A stretch of 59,131 bases of DNA from a virus (lineage: Duplodnaviria > Caudoviricetes). The notes under the pieces were generated by a model. It was given only the letters and a program-made list of their open reading frames with translations. It did no database searches and was not told where the DNA came from. Location of the stretch: positions 1-59,131 of IMG/VR virus record IMGVR_UViG_3300022591_000009; one strand, written 5' to 3'. Below, piece after piece: positions 39,209 through 48,671 of this stretch (the stretch's first letter is position 1; each line of letters begins with the position of its first letter). A program made the position numbers and the translations under genes.

Positions 39209-39741
39209 CACTCACCAAAATACCCAAAACCTAGGAGCCAGTGGTCTGTATGGTACATATACAAACTACGGCGGAGGCGGCCAACCTGTCGCCAGAGGTG
39301 AACTTGATTTCTTACGCTTAGGCGTAGGTCGTCAACCCTCTGCGGAGTATCCCTGACGGCTATTTAGGCACGATTCGTTCACGTCGTGATGACCGAGGCC
39401 GTCCATCAAGTACATCCGACACAATGTTGGATAGCCTTAAGCAACGAACAGGTCAGCGTTCCTACCAGCGTGGTGTTCACCGCGGTGAGCGCGTAGACCC
39501 AGGCGATTACTATTACCCATCATCACTGCAACCTGACCGTGGCATCAAGCGTCAGATGCGTGGAAAGCGCGATGGAAATGTTATTCGTACACGTAAGAAC
39601 GTCGAAGACGTTACGCTTGTACCAGCACCACACTTACCTAACGATGGTAAGGCGGGCCCAACTGCTAAGAGCACATCACCAGGGATTATTAACAACCAGC
39701 GTGTAGACCAATTCGCACGCGTACGTCCAAACTGGAAGTAA
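39201..39741 (+). CDS. Hypothetical protein split by a +1 frameshift at CCC_TGA (39351-39356)
   Basis: ORF 39201-39356 continues in the +1 frame (PDGYLGTIRSRRDDR...) into track ORF 39424..39741. Confidence 0.65.
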
Positions 39742-39742
39742 C

Positions 39743-40102
39743 GTGCCTAATACACCAGATGGCGTCTATGCACGCAAGCCTTGGGTAGCCGCACCGCAGG
39801 CAGCTTATCCCCCTCAAGAATACTTGGGGCCGTTTGCGTCTAATCAAGAGCGCTTATTAAGCCAAGCACTATCCTCACAAACCATGCCAGGCCCAGATTT
39901 ACAGCAATGGGTACGTCCAAACATCCCTCAGATTGAGCTATTCCCAGAGAAATACGGGTATACCACCACAGAGATTGGTATTCGGGACATAATTGACTTA
40001 CCTGGAAGAGGCCCAGTTCCACAGCGTGTTGAGTCTGATTACAGTCAAACACCAAATAGTACTGAGTCTAGTAGCAGAAACGATTTAGGATACGGAGTTT
40101 AA
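39743..40102 (+). CDS. Hypothetical Pro/Gln-rich protein
   Basis: Packed ORF. Confidence 0.65.
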   Translation: MPNTPDGVYARKPWVAAPQAAYPPQEYLGPFASNQERLLSQALSSQTMPGPDLQQWVRPNIPQIELFPEKYGYTTTEIGIRDIIDLPGRGPVPQRVESDYSQTPNSTESSSRNDLGYGV

Positions 40103-40103
40103 C

Positions 40104-40337
40104 TTGGCCATTAACGACCCTGGCTTTTTTACAGACTCCACAGGCGATGGCATGGCTGCCGCTACTGACGTTCGTTTAGCTACTCAGAACGCAATGAAAG
40201 AAACAATGTACAACGGCTCAGGTTCATGCAAGAACTGCGGTTACACACTAACCCCCGTAGAAGCGTTGTATTCAGAACTTTGCCCTACATGCACCCGTCG
40301 TAAGGCAGTCCAACAAGTGAAAGGCAGAATGGCATGA
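40104..40337 (+). CDS. Small zinc-finger protein
   Basis: CKNCG...CPTC. Confidence 0.6.
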   Translation: MAINDPGFFTDSTGDGMAAATDVRLATQNAMKETMYNGSGSCKNCGYTLTPVEALYSELCPTCTRRKAVQQVKGRMA

Positions 40338-40540
40338 CCGTTCGCAAAGCAATGTCCGAGAACTCAGCCCTCCTTGAAGGCGCAACAGACGGCAAGTATC
40401 GCAAGCGTCGTCCAAATACAACAGTTGCCCCAGGAATGGGAGACCAGACTGTAGTTAAAGAGCGTGCAGGGTTGCACCCATACATGAATTACGGCTTCAT
40501 CAACTCTGAAGAGCCTAACAAGGTTAATCCAGGAGAGTAA
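40334..40540 (+). CDS. Hypothetical protein
   Basis: EGATDGKYRKRRPNT; coupled ORF. Confidence 0.65.
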   Translation: MTVRKAMSENSALLEGATDGKYRKRRPNTTVAPGMGDQTVVKERAGLHPYMNYGFINSEEPNKVNPGE

Positions 40541-40542
40541 CA

Positions 40543-40899
40543 ATGAGAGACCGTGCTAAAGACCCCAAGCGTACTATTGCCGCTTATCAAGACAGTGTGG
40601 CAGCCCTAAGAAAAGCTACTGGATGGTACCACGTCGCCTCAGATTCACGTGGCGGCGTAATTGCAAAAGTTGGGTCAGGCCGTGTTGCATACACTGGAGA
40701 GCCCCACGTTACATCAGATGTTTACATGAGTGACGAGCGTCTTGGACCTTCAAAGTCTAGCCAACCCACAGCACAACCAGTTGCTGCAAGAAGTGCTGCA
40801 GAGCGTACCGCTGCAAAACGTATTGCTGCAAAGCCCGCAATTCGCAAAGTTGCAAAGCGTGCCGTAGGTACCAAAAACAACCAAGAGGGAGTTAAGTAA
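40543..40899 (+). CDS. Hypothetical basic protein
   Basis: AGGAG SD; Ala/Lys/Arg-rich tail. Confidence 0.65.
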   Translation: MRDRAKDPKRTIAAYQDSVAALRKATGWYHVASDSRGGVIAKVGSGRVAYTGEPHVTSDVYMSDERLGPSKSSQPTAQPVAARSAAERTAAKRIAAKPAIRKVAKRAVGTKNNQEGVK

Positions 40900-41789
40900 T
40901 GGCCTATACATTTGGTAAGAAAGCAGAAGAGTTAGCTAAACGTAAGGCAGAAGCTAAGTCCCAGCGTGAAAGCGCTAAAACTGTTGAAGGTAAGACCACT
41001 GAGCCTAAGCCTGTTGTCCCAGCTGGCAATATCGAGCAAGTACCTTTTGCTAAGACAACTGCCAAAGCAAAGGGCGTATCATCACTTGGTAAGGCTATTA
41101 AGAAGGATACCAACTCACGCGTTGAGCGCATGATTGAAGAGTCACCAGACCCAGAGGCAGCACGCCGCGGAGTCCAAGCTGGCAATGAAATTGAAGAAGC
41201 CACTGTACTTAAAGGTGGTCGCAAAAACCCAATGTTCAAGAGCGCTAGCTTGACACAAGACCGCAAGAATTTTCCAAACCATGCAGACGAGATTCCTACT
41301 GGAGTACGCGCACCAAAGAGCGGCTCAGGTGTAGGTGGCGGACGTGCTGCTCGCGGAGGCAAAGCTGCTGCATCGGTAGAGCATATTTCAGAGAACGCTA
41401 ACGCTGGCGTACGTTTTGCTAAAAATAAGCTGATTACTGAGGCTTACCGCAAGACCCAGAAATTTACAGCTCACATGGCAGGTTCAAGCTCACGAGATTT
41501 GAGCCATGCAAATGCCCTAAAACAGGACATCCACGACTCATTAGCAGGTGTGCCAGTAGCTGACCTTAAGGGTTTGCAGGTTCCTTGTATTGGTAATAAC
41601 TGTAAGCGTACCGTACCAGCCGATTCCCACACTTTGCAGTGCGAAGGCGGGAATTGTGCCCCACATTCATCGACCACAGTCAATAACCTTGGACGTTCAA
41701 ATGACAATGGAACCAGCAAAAAGCCTGTTCCAAACAACTTGAAGGTTCCAACTGGCCGCGGCGCTCCGTGGGGCGAGGCTACGTTCTAA
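40899..41789 (+). CDS. Hypothetical basic low-complexity protein
   Basis: 296 aa, Lys/Ala/Gly-rich, with four Cys near the C-terminus. Confidence 0.7.
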   Translation: MAYTFGKKAEELAKRKAEAKSQRESAKTVEGKTTEPKPVVPAGNIEQVPFAKTTAKAKGVSSLGKAIKKDTNSRVERMIEESPDPEAARRGVQAGNEIEEATVLKGGRKNPMFKSASLTQDRKNFPNHADEIPTGVRAPKSGSGVGGGRAARGGKAAASVEHISENANAGVRFAKNKLITEAYRKTQKFTAHMAGSSSRDLSHANALKQDIHDSLAGVPVADLKGLQVPCIGNNCKRTVPADSHTLQCEGGNCAPHSSTTVNNLGRSNDNGTSKKPVPNNLKVPTGRGAPWGEATF

Positions 41790-41837
41790 AACCTGTTATA
41801 CTATTTGTACTAACTAACTACTTATTAGGAGCAAAAC

Positions 41838-42371
41838 TTGGCGGTAGACCTTAAAGCCCTTGCAGAAAAAGAAAAGGGTGAACAGCAGATTCGTTTGCTC
41901 GTTTGCCGTACTTGCAAGTCAATTGACGAACTTCCCGATTTTGATGGGCCAGAGGACTACGACACCGTACTTCAGGTAGCGGTAGAAAAGCACCAAAAGC
42001 CGCAGCCTCATATTGGCTTGCTTATTAAGTTCCCGCTTAAGTACTGGGCACGTCCAGACGTTAAGACCGAAGTGATGAAGCAAATCAGCGAAGGTTCGTC
42101 TGGCCTTGATGTATTCGGCACAGACTTCTACGCCACCAAGTCCACCTTCCACGAAGACGCGATGAAGTGTTACAACTTGCACCTACGACCATCTGTGTCA
42201 TGTGGCGACTACAAATCAGATGCTAAAGAGCTTAAGCCTGGAACCGCTAATGAGCGTAAGGCTGAAGGCCTTAGCGAACATCGTGGCCCTAAGGTATACT
42301 TATGTGACTTCTGCCCCTACAAGATGATGGTTCAAAAGAAGGCTTTTGACCAGAAAGGTCTATACAAGTGA
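41838..42371 (+). CDS. Hypothetical Cys-rich protein
   Basis: CRTC...CDFCP; AGGAG SD; upstream TGtTATACT promoter. Confidence 0.7.
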   Translation: MAVDLKALAEKEKGEQQIRLLVCRTCKSIDELPDFDGPEDYDTVLQVAVEKHQKPQPHIGLLIKFPLKYWARPDVKTEVMKQISEGSSGLDVFGTDFYATKSTFHEDAMKCYNLHLRPSVSCGDYKSDAKELKPGTANERKAEGLSEHRGPKVYLCDFCPYKMMVQKKAFDQKGLYK

Positions 42372-42643
42372 CCAACGAAGATACTATTGAGACAGCGTTT
42401 GTTATCATGCGCCACAACGATGGCTCGTATTCAGCGACGACCGATATGTCCGCTTTGCCTGAAGCTCCCCGTAAGGCTAATATCTACGACATCAAGCAGG
42501 GCTGCGCTGAGATTATCGAAACTATCCAATTGCAGGCAGTTCGTAACGTTTTGTCATCTGTCGTTACACAAAATAACGCCTCGGATAGTGACAAAGTAAG
42601 CGAAGCCGTGAGACAATCGTTAGTAGAAAAAGGTCTATTGTAA
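42368..42643 (+). CDS. Hypothetical protein
   Basis: Coupled ORF. Confidence 0.65.
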   Translation: MTNEDTIETAFVIMRHNDGSYSATTDMSALPEAPRKANIYDIKQGCAEIIETIQLQAVRNVLSSVVTQNNASDSDKVSEAVRQSLVEKGLL

Positions 42644-42652
42644 CGACAGGGG

Positions 42653-42889
42653 ATGGACATGGCAGCCAGCAAGAAGAAAAAAGTAGAGCCCACTAGCGAC
42701 ACATACAACAAGCTAGAGGAGTACTGCATCTGGCTTAATGAGTTCTACACTTCGCTGCTTAGAGCTGGCTTCAAACACGACATTGCGCTAGCGATAATGC
42801 TCGATAAGGATTCGTTTCCTGACTGGGTACAGTTCGGCACCATCACCGACAAAGACGTATCTGACTATCTAGAAGATGAAGACGACTAA
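42653..42889 (+). CDS. Hypothetical protein
   Basis: EFYTSLLRAGF motif; acidic tail. Confidence 0.65.
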   Translation: MDMAASKKKKVEPTSDTYNKLEEYCIWLNEFYTSLLRAGFKHDIALAIMLDKDSFPDWVQFGTITDKDVSDYLEDEDD

Positions 42890-42906
42890 TACACTATACT
42901 GACTAG

Positions 42907-43833
42907 ATGGATTACTACGCAGCGTTGGCAAACATCGCTAGCCCTATTGAGCAGCAACCTGGCTCAACATCCTACTTTAGCCGTCCAAGTGACATACTAG
43001 ACCCACGACTTATTAAAAATAACAGGGTCATCGGTCACGTGCGGTCGGCTATCCTATCTACCTTGTTTACATATCTTGGCAAGTCATTCCAAGACCCAGA
43101 AGCATGGTGCAACGTCTGGTTGGCTGGTTCAGGGGTGTCCTATCAGTGGGCAGCTGCTAGAGAGCCAGCAGACCTTGACTGCTTGATTGGCGTGGACTAC
43201 ATCAAGTTCCGCCAGTCAAATAGCAGGTACGTAGGACTTAGCGACCAAGAGATTGCGTCTATGCTAAACGAGGGATTTAGCCAAGAGTTAAACCCATCAA
43301 CTGCACAGTTCATGGACGTATTTGAGCTTACATTTTACGTAAACGTACGTAGCAACATTACCGAGATTAAGCCTTACGCAGCCTATTCATTGACCGCAGA
43401 TGACTGGACAGTTCAGCCTGTTATTGAAACCCCATACCGCTCTAAGGATTGGGAGACACGTTCCCAGCGAGACGAAGTTCTGACTAAGGGTATTCTGAAC
43501 CGTTACCAAAAAGCATTGAACGATTTGAGCGCCGCTCAAAACGATGCGGCTAGAGTAAACGCAGAGTCAGCCCTACATTTAGCAGTTATGCAAGGTGCGG
43601 CATTGTTTGATGATATTCACGAAGGACGTAAATACGCCTTTAGTCCTGTAGGTCAGGGTTATATTGACTATGCTAACTACCGCTGGCAGGCAGGCAAGTC
43701 GTCTGGTATCGTGCCAGCACTAAAGAGGTTAAAAGAAGTTTCTAAGCAGTCAAAGCAAGAGTTCGCAGCGCAGACATATGGTGTAGAGTTGCCAGATGCA
43801 AGCGTGCTGATTCGTCGCGCTGCTACCCGCTAA
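42907..43833 (+). CDS. Pol-beta-superfamily nucleotidyltransferase
   Basis: LAGS...ADLDCL motif; leaderless TATACT-6 nt-ATG. Confidence 0.75.
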   Translation: MDYYAALANIASPIEQQPGSTSYFSRPSDILDPRLIKNNRVIGHVRSAILSTLFTYLGKSFQDPEAWCNVWLAGSGVSYQWAAAREPADLDCLIGVDYIKFRQSNSRYVGLSDQEIASMLNEGFSQELNPSTAQFMDVFELTFYVNVRSNITEIKPYAAYSLTADDWTVQPVIETPYRSKDWETRSQRDEVLTKGILNRYQKALNDLSAAQNDAARVNAESALHLAVMQGAALFDDIHEGRKYAFSPVGQGYIDYANYRWQAGKSSGIVPALKRLKEVSKQSKQEFAAQTYGVELPDASVLIRRAATR

Positions 43834-43856
43834 CTTTCTACATTACGGAGCATTAC

Positions 43857-44315
43857 ATGGCAATACTTCTATCTGTCGACGGCGTTCTCAGAAACCCACG
43901 CAACAACGCGCCGATTCGTGAAGGCTTGCATTTCTATAATCACCTTAATCAAACTAACAAGGTACTGTTGATTTGCGAAGACCGCGAAGTAACAGACAAC
44001 TGGTTGCGCCAGCAGAAGCTACATAAGTACGACGACATCCTTGACCACAAGATGGTTCCACCTGGCGATGATATGTTCCTACGTATGGCGCAATACGTAC
44101 GGGCGCAAGGCCCCGTAGACCTAGTAGTTACAGCTGACCTAGACATTGTCAAGGATTTGATTGAGGTCGGAATTACTGTTTTAGCATTTTGCCACCCGAC
44201 CTATTTAGATTACAAGTTCCGTCCAGATGGCCGCGAAGGGCGTCAGACATGGCAAGAAATTACGGATGAGATTGACCGCCAGCAAGAGCTTCTTGCAAAC
44301 GATGGTCGTCTATGA
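43857..44315 (+). CDS. HAD-fold protein, probably catalytically degenerate
   Basis: LLSVDGVL, with Ser where motif I normally has the Asp nucleophile; ...DNWL. Confidence 0.65.
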   Translation: MAILLSVDGVLRNPRNNAPIREGLHFYNHLNQTNKVLLICEDREVTDNWLRQQKLHKYDDILDHKMVPPGDDMFLRMAQYVRAQGPVDLVVTADLDIVKDLIEVGITVLAFCHPTYLDYKFRPDGREGRQTWQEITDEIDRQQELLANDGRL

Positions 44316-45769
44316 AGTTAATTTTTATGGGAGCGGAAGTTCCCAGCAACCGCACCATTTTGGAATCAGCGGGCGCTACATTTATGGGAGTCAGCTATTA
44401 CCGATTGACTAAACGCGGGCTGCCCAAGAATAAGGCGTACCTGCTTGATAACTATTTTGACCCTAGCGCTGACATATTCGTCCACGCAGGATTGCCCCAT
44501 GACACTCAGCTATCCCAAAGAGAGCTTGAGGAGTTCGCCGCAGATTACGAGGAGTTCGTGGTTGCCAACATTGACCGCATAACCCTATTTACAGAGTTCG
44601 ACCACCCGACTTTAACTCAGGAGTTCATAGAGCTGCAGCGGAAGACCGTCTGGGCCTCTATGCCACCGAGCAAGTTTCTACCCGTCTGGCGGCCTGCTAC
44701 GGGCTTTGAGGGGCTAGCTACGCTGGTTGATAACTACCTAGATATTGGTATTACGGGAGACGCGATTGAGGAGTATACCCAGCTTGCTCAGGCAACCCGT
44801 ACATACAACCGCACCCATGGAACGCGTTTTCACGCTATATCCTGCGCTCGCCCTGACAACCTGCGCCAAGTAGAAGTCGCCACAACTAGCACAATGTCAT
44901 GGCTATCCCCTATGATGCGCGGAGAGACTATAGTGTGGGATGGTCACCGAATCGTCCGTTATCCCAAGAAGATGAAAGACCAAGCCCGACCCCGCTATAA
45001 AGCGGCTTATGAAAAGGCTGGTTTAGATTACGACCTCATTATGGAGGACGACAACAAAGAGGTTTCTAAATTAGCAATATGGGCTTACCGACAGTTAGAG
45101 CAGAGGTTAAACAACATGGACATATCTAATAACAACGAAGATTCTAGTCTGGTTAGTTATGAGGAAACACCCCTGCCCGATGCTGATAAGAAGGGTGCTG
45201 GGATGCGGAAATTTGAGCCGCGAAATCCAGATGAAATGTCCAATTTGCCCGTCTTTGGATATGACCTAAAGACTGTTGTTGAGACGGATGAAGATGGCAA
45301 TGATGTCATCAAAGATGTGCCTGTTGTACGTACTCAATCGTCCTCATTACGTCAATGCGATACCTGTTTTGTAGCTGCTAACTGCCCTGCTTTTAAGCCA
45401 TCAAACGCCTGTGCCTTTAACTTGCCCGTTGAGGTAAAGACTAAAGAACAACTCAAGGCTTTGATTAACGCAATCATCGAAATGCAGGGTCAAAGAGTAG
45501 CTTTCATGCGATTTACAGAAGAAATGAACGGTGGATACGCAGACCCGAACGTGTCACAAGAAATTGACCGCCTGTTCAAACTTATCAAAACTACCAAGGA
45601 ATTGGATGACTCCTCATCCTTTATTCGCATGACAGTAGAAGGTAAATCTGCGGGTGCAGGTGTGCTGTCAGCAATCTTTGGAGACAAGGCTCAAGCACTG
45701 CGTGAACTGCCCAACGGAGGGCTTACTGAGAACGAAACTACCCGAATAATCCAGCAAGCAACCGAGTAG
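44312..45769 (+). CDS. TGT/DpdA-like TIM-barrel protein with C-terminal Cys cluster
   Basis: FLPVW, TRFHAIS, TTSTMSW..PMMRGET and CDTC....NCP......C resemble phage queuine-tRNA-ribosyltransferase-like proteins. Confidence 0.5.
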   Translation: MKLIFMGAEVPSNRTILESAGATFMGVSYYRLTKRGLPKNKAYLLDNYFDPSADIFVHAGLPHDTQLSQRELEEFAADYEEFVVANIDRITLFTEFDHPTLTQEFIELQRKTVWASMPPSKFLPVWRPATGFEGLATLVDNYLDIGITGDAIEEYTQLAQATRTYNRTHGTRFHAISCARPDNLRQVEVATTSTMSWLSPMMRGETIVWDGHRIVRYPKKMKDQARPRYKAAYEKAGLDYDLIMEDDNKEVSKLAIWAYRQLEQRLNNMDISNNNEDSSLVSYEETPLPDADKKGAGMRKFEPRNPDEMSNLPVFGYDLKTVVETDEDGNDVIKDVPVVRTQSSSLRQCDTCFVAANCPAFKPSNACAFNLPVEVKTKEQLKALINAIIEMQGQRVAFMRFTEEMNGGYADPNVSQEIDRLFKLIKTTKELDDSSSFIRMTVEGKSAGAGVLSAIFGDKAQALRELPNGGLTENETTRIIQQATE

Positions 45770-45888
45770 TTTTATATCTAATAATAAGGGGGGTTTAATA
45801 CAAGGACAAAGGCATTTGTAACAAGGTGTGTTTCAGTTAAACTATCAGACTCGCCTCACCACGGGGGCACGGACAAACAGAGGAAATA

Positions 45889-47922
45889 ATGGCCTTAACA
45901 TTTAAGTTGGCAGATGACTTTATCAACTCCTACAAGGGAAAGAAAGTACCTTGGGGCTATCAAGACGCGGCAGGTAATTCGGTGGGAGAGATTACTTTTC
46001 TTCGCACCTACTCCCGCCTAAAAGAGGATGGCACAAAGGAGACTTGGACGGATGTATGCGCCCGAGTCATCAACGGTATGTATTCCCTGCAAAAGGACTA
46101 CTGCAAAACCAATCGCCTTCCGTGGAACGACTCAAAGGCTCAGGCTTCTGCTAAAGAAGCTTTCGACCGTATGTGGAATCTCAAGTGGACGCCGCCAGGC
46201 CGCGGCCTATGGATGATGGGTACTCCCCTCGTCAATGAGCAAAAGAACTCAGCCGCTTTGCAGAACTGCTCATTTGTATCCACCCTAGAGATGACTAAAA
46301 ACAATCCTGCTAAGCCATTTGCTTTCCTCATGGAAGCATCCATGCTTGGCGTGGGCGTCGGCTTTGACGACAAGGGCGCAGACAAGGACTTTACAATCTA
46401 TGCCCCAACCGAAGGAGATACTTATGTCATTCCCGACACCAGAGAAGGCTGGGTGGAGAGCACAACCGCCCTCATCAACAGTTACCTTAAGCCAGATACG
46501 AAAAGCCCTGTCTTTGACTACTCAGAAATCCGTCCAGCAGGTACTCCGATTAAGACCTTTGGAGGAACGGCAGCAGGGCACGAGCCACTCCTAAGACTTC
46601 ATAAGGCGATAGTTAAGATGTTCTCTGGGCGTGAAGGTCAAAAGCTAACCAGAGTGGATATTGCAGACATTGGCAATCTCATGGGCGTCTGCGTAGTATC
46701 AGGCAACGTCCGTCGTTCAGCCGAGCTTCTCATGGGTCGTTTGGATGACCAAGACTTCCTCAATCTCAAAAACCCAAAAGTCTTTCCAGAGCGCAACTCT
46801 TACTCAGCTAAGAATCCAGGCTGGGGCTTCATGTCTAACAACTCGGTAGAAGTTACTGTGGGGCAAGACCTCTCTGGCATCGTCGAAGGCATTTCACGCA
46901 ACGGTGAGCCAGGTGTTATCTGGATGGATATGACCCGCAAGTATGGTCGCTTGGCTGACCCTGTGAACAACAAGGACTGGCGTGCATCTGGCTACAATCC
47001 ATGCGCCGAGCAATCATTGGAGTCCTTTGAGTGCTGCACATTGGTCGAGACGTATCTGAATCGTCATGAGTCACTCGAGGATTTTAAGCGCACGCTTAAG
47101 TTCGCCTATCTTTATGCCAAGACAGTTACTCTTATCCCTACCCATTGGGAGGAGACTAACGCAATCATGCAACGTAACCGCCGAATCGGTACATCCATGT
47201 CAGGCGTAGCAAACTTTGCCGACAATCACGGCCTACCCAAACTCCGTGAGTGGATGGGCGAGGGGTATGCAACGGTTCTCTCTTATGACAGAGGCTACTC
47301 AGAGTGGCTAGGTGTTCGTGAGTCTATTAAGACAACTACTATCAAGCCTAGTGGCACAGTCTCTATTCTTGCAGGAGAGTCGCCAGGCGTGCATTGGACG
47401 GTTGGGGGACAGTACTTCCTACGTGCTATCCGCTTTAGTAATAGTGACCCTATGTTGCCTCTGTTTAAGATGGCTAACTATCGCGTAGAGCCAGCGTCAG
47501 AATCTCCTGAAACTACCTCAGTAGTATTCTTTCCTGTTAAATCTCTTGCTCTCCGTTCAGAGAAAGATGTCTCTATCTACGAGAAGATGGCTCTCGCTGC
47601 TACGGCTCAACGGTATTGGTCGGACAACTCTGTGTCAGTAACCGTCTCTTTTAATCCAAAGACGGAGGCGTCTTCTATCGGTACGGCTCTTCATATGTAC
47701 GACGGACAACTAAAGACCGTCTCGTTTCTACCTATGGATAACGGCTCTTACCCTCAAATGCCATACTCTCCCATCACAGCAGAGGAGTACGAGAGTTACA
47801 CAATGACTCTATTCCCAATAGACTTGGTAGGAGTTTACGAAGGTATGGCTATGGACGCAATCGGTGAGGCTTACTGCACCACGGACGCGTGTGAGGTCAA
47901 GCTAATTAAGGACAACAAGTAA
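45889..47922 (+). CDS. nrdJ: Class II (adenosylcobalamin-dependent) ribonucleotide reductase
   Basis: FLRTYSR, PPGRGLW, LQNC, GNVRRSAE, YNPCAEQ, TIKPSGT, C-terminal CTTDAC. Confidence 0.95.
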   Translation: MALTFKLADDFINSYKGKKVPWGYQDAAGNSVGEITFLRTYSRLKEDGTKETWTDVCARVINGMYSLQKDYCKTNRLPWNDSKAQASAKEAFDRMWNLKWTPPGRGLWMMGTPLVNEQKNSAALQNCSFVSTLEMTKNNPAKPFAFLMEASMLGVGVGFDDKGADKDFTIYAPTEGDTYVIPDTREGWVESTTALINSYLKPDTKSPVFDYSEIRPAGTPIKTFGGTAAGHEPLLRLHKAIVKMFSGREGQKLTRVDIADIGNLMGVCVVSGNVRRSAELLMGRLDDQDFLNLKNPKVFPERNSYSAKNPGWGFMSNNSVEVTVGQDLSGIVEGISRNGEPGVIWMDMTRKYGRLADPVNNKDWRASGYNPCAEQSLESFECCTLVETYLNRHESLEDFKRTLKFAYLYAKTVTLIPTHWEETNAIMQRNRRIGTSMSGVANFADNHGLPKLREWMGEGYATVLSYDRGYSEWLGVRESIKTTTIKPSGTVSILAGESPGVHWTVGGQYFLRAIRFSNSDPMLPLFKMANYRVEPASESPETTSVVFFPVKSLALRSEKDVSIYEKMALAATAQRYWSDNSVSVTVSFNPKTEASSIGTALHMYDGQLKTVSFLPMDNGSYPQMPYSPITAEEYESYTMTLFPIDLVGVYEGMAMDAIGEAYCTTDACEVKLIKDNK

Positions 47923-47932
47923 CGACTCTCCG

Positions 47933-47975
47933 AATAAAAAAAGCCCCTAGCTTAATTGCTAGGGGCTTATTTATT
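47933..47975. terminator. Bidirectional intrinsic terminator between convergent gene blocks
   Basis: A-run, AAGCCCCTAGC-TTAATT-GCTAGGGGCTT, then a T-rich tail. Confidence 0.9.
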
Positions 47976-48067
47976 ACTTCTGCCTACTGTTGTATTTATC
48001 AAGGAGGGCTTGTAGTCGAGCACTCTCCTCAGGTGTTAATTGGTCTTTGATAAGTACCTTGTCCTCG

Positions 48068-48175
48068 TCACTCATCATCTTCTCCATAATCGTCCTCGTC
48101 GTCTCCGAATCCTGTAAAAGGTTCGGTAGCGCCCCAATCCTCATCGGGCACAATCGGGTCTTTCTCGAAACCCAT
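48068..48175 (-). CDS. Small acidic protein
   Basis: MGFEKDPIVPDEDWGATEPFTGFGDDEDDYGEDDE, read manually. Confidence 0.5.
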   Translation of the reverse strand: MGFEKDPIVPDEDWGATEPFTGFGDDEDDYGEDDE

Positions 48176-48176
48176 T

Positions 48177-48368
48177 TTAACGAGTTGCCTTAACGTTGGG
48201 ATTAGGGATTAGTTTGCAATATGTTGAGCCGTTAAACGCGTCTTGCCATAAGTGGTGAACACCGTGTTGGTCTACGCAGATATAGCCTGAAAGTTTGGGT
48301 TGGTTGGCTTGTGCTGACGGTGCGAATACGACACCTGCAACAACTACTAGGGCAGTTATTATTTTCAT
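48177..48368 (-). CDS. Small secreted protein
   Basis: Signal peptide ending in AQA; two Cys. Confidence 0.65.
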   Translation of the reverse strand: MKIITALVVVAGVVFAPSAQANQPKLSGYICVDQHGVHHLWQDAFNGSTYCKLIPNPNVKATR

Positions 48369-48655
48369 GCTTCCACCTTGTAGACAAGCTCTCCTGTAAT
48401 GGATGTTGGCTTGCCATTTGCGTCTAGCTTGGTATCAGCAAACTTAATACTCTTGCGGGGAGTGTTCTCTACAACAATCTTTTTAGTCCAATTCTTAGCC
48501 ACGCGAGCGTTAGCCCATGCGGTCACTTGATTAAAGACAGGCTTGTCAGAGCCGTCCTCTAGAATTGTAATCTCTAGAAGCCACGCGCCACCTTTTTCTA
48601 GTAGCAAGTTCTTTTCTAGATTTACCTTCATGGTCTGTCCGATTTTCTTTGCCAT
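48365..48655 (-). CDS. Hypothetical protein
   Basis: Coupled ORF. Confidence 0.65.
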   Translation of the reverse strand: MAKKIGQTMKVNLEKNLLLEKGGAWLLEITILEDGSDKPVFNQVTAWANARVAKNWTKKIVVENTPRKSIKFADTKLDANGKPTSITGELVYKVEA

Positions 48656-48671
48656 TGGTTATCTCTCTCTG

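Noticed and set aside
39354-39356. TGA read-through or stop-codon reassignment
   Set aside because: The zero frame hits another TGA about 11 codons later. TAA, TAG and TGA all end well-defined genes elsewhere, and no suppressor tRNA was seen.
45770-45888. Cobalamin riboswitch upstream of nrdJ
   Set aside because: The region is too short and I could not find a B12-box; only a likely -10 (TAAACT) and a small hairpin are present.
23265-47922. Inteins or introns in dnaB, polA, recA or nrdJ
   Set aside because: Lengths are normal and motifs contiguous, with no intein splice-junction signature. The HNH is free-standing.
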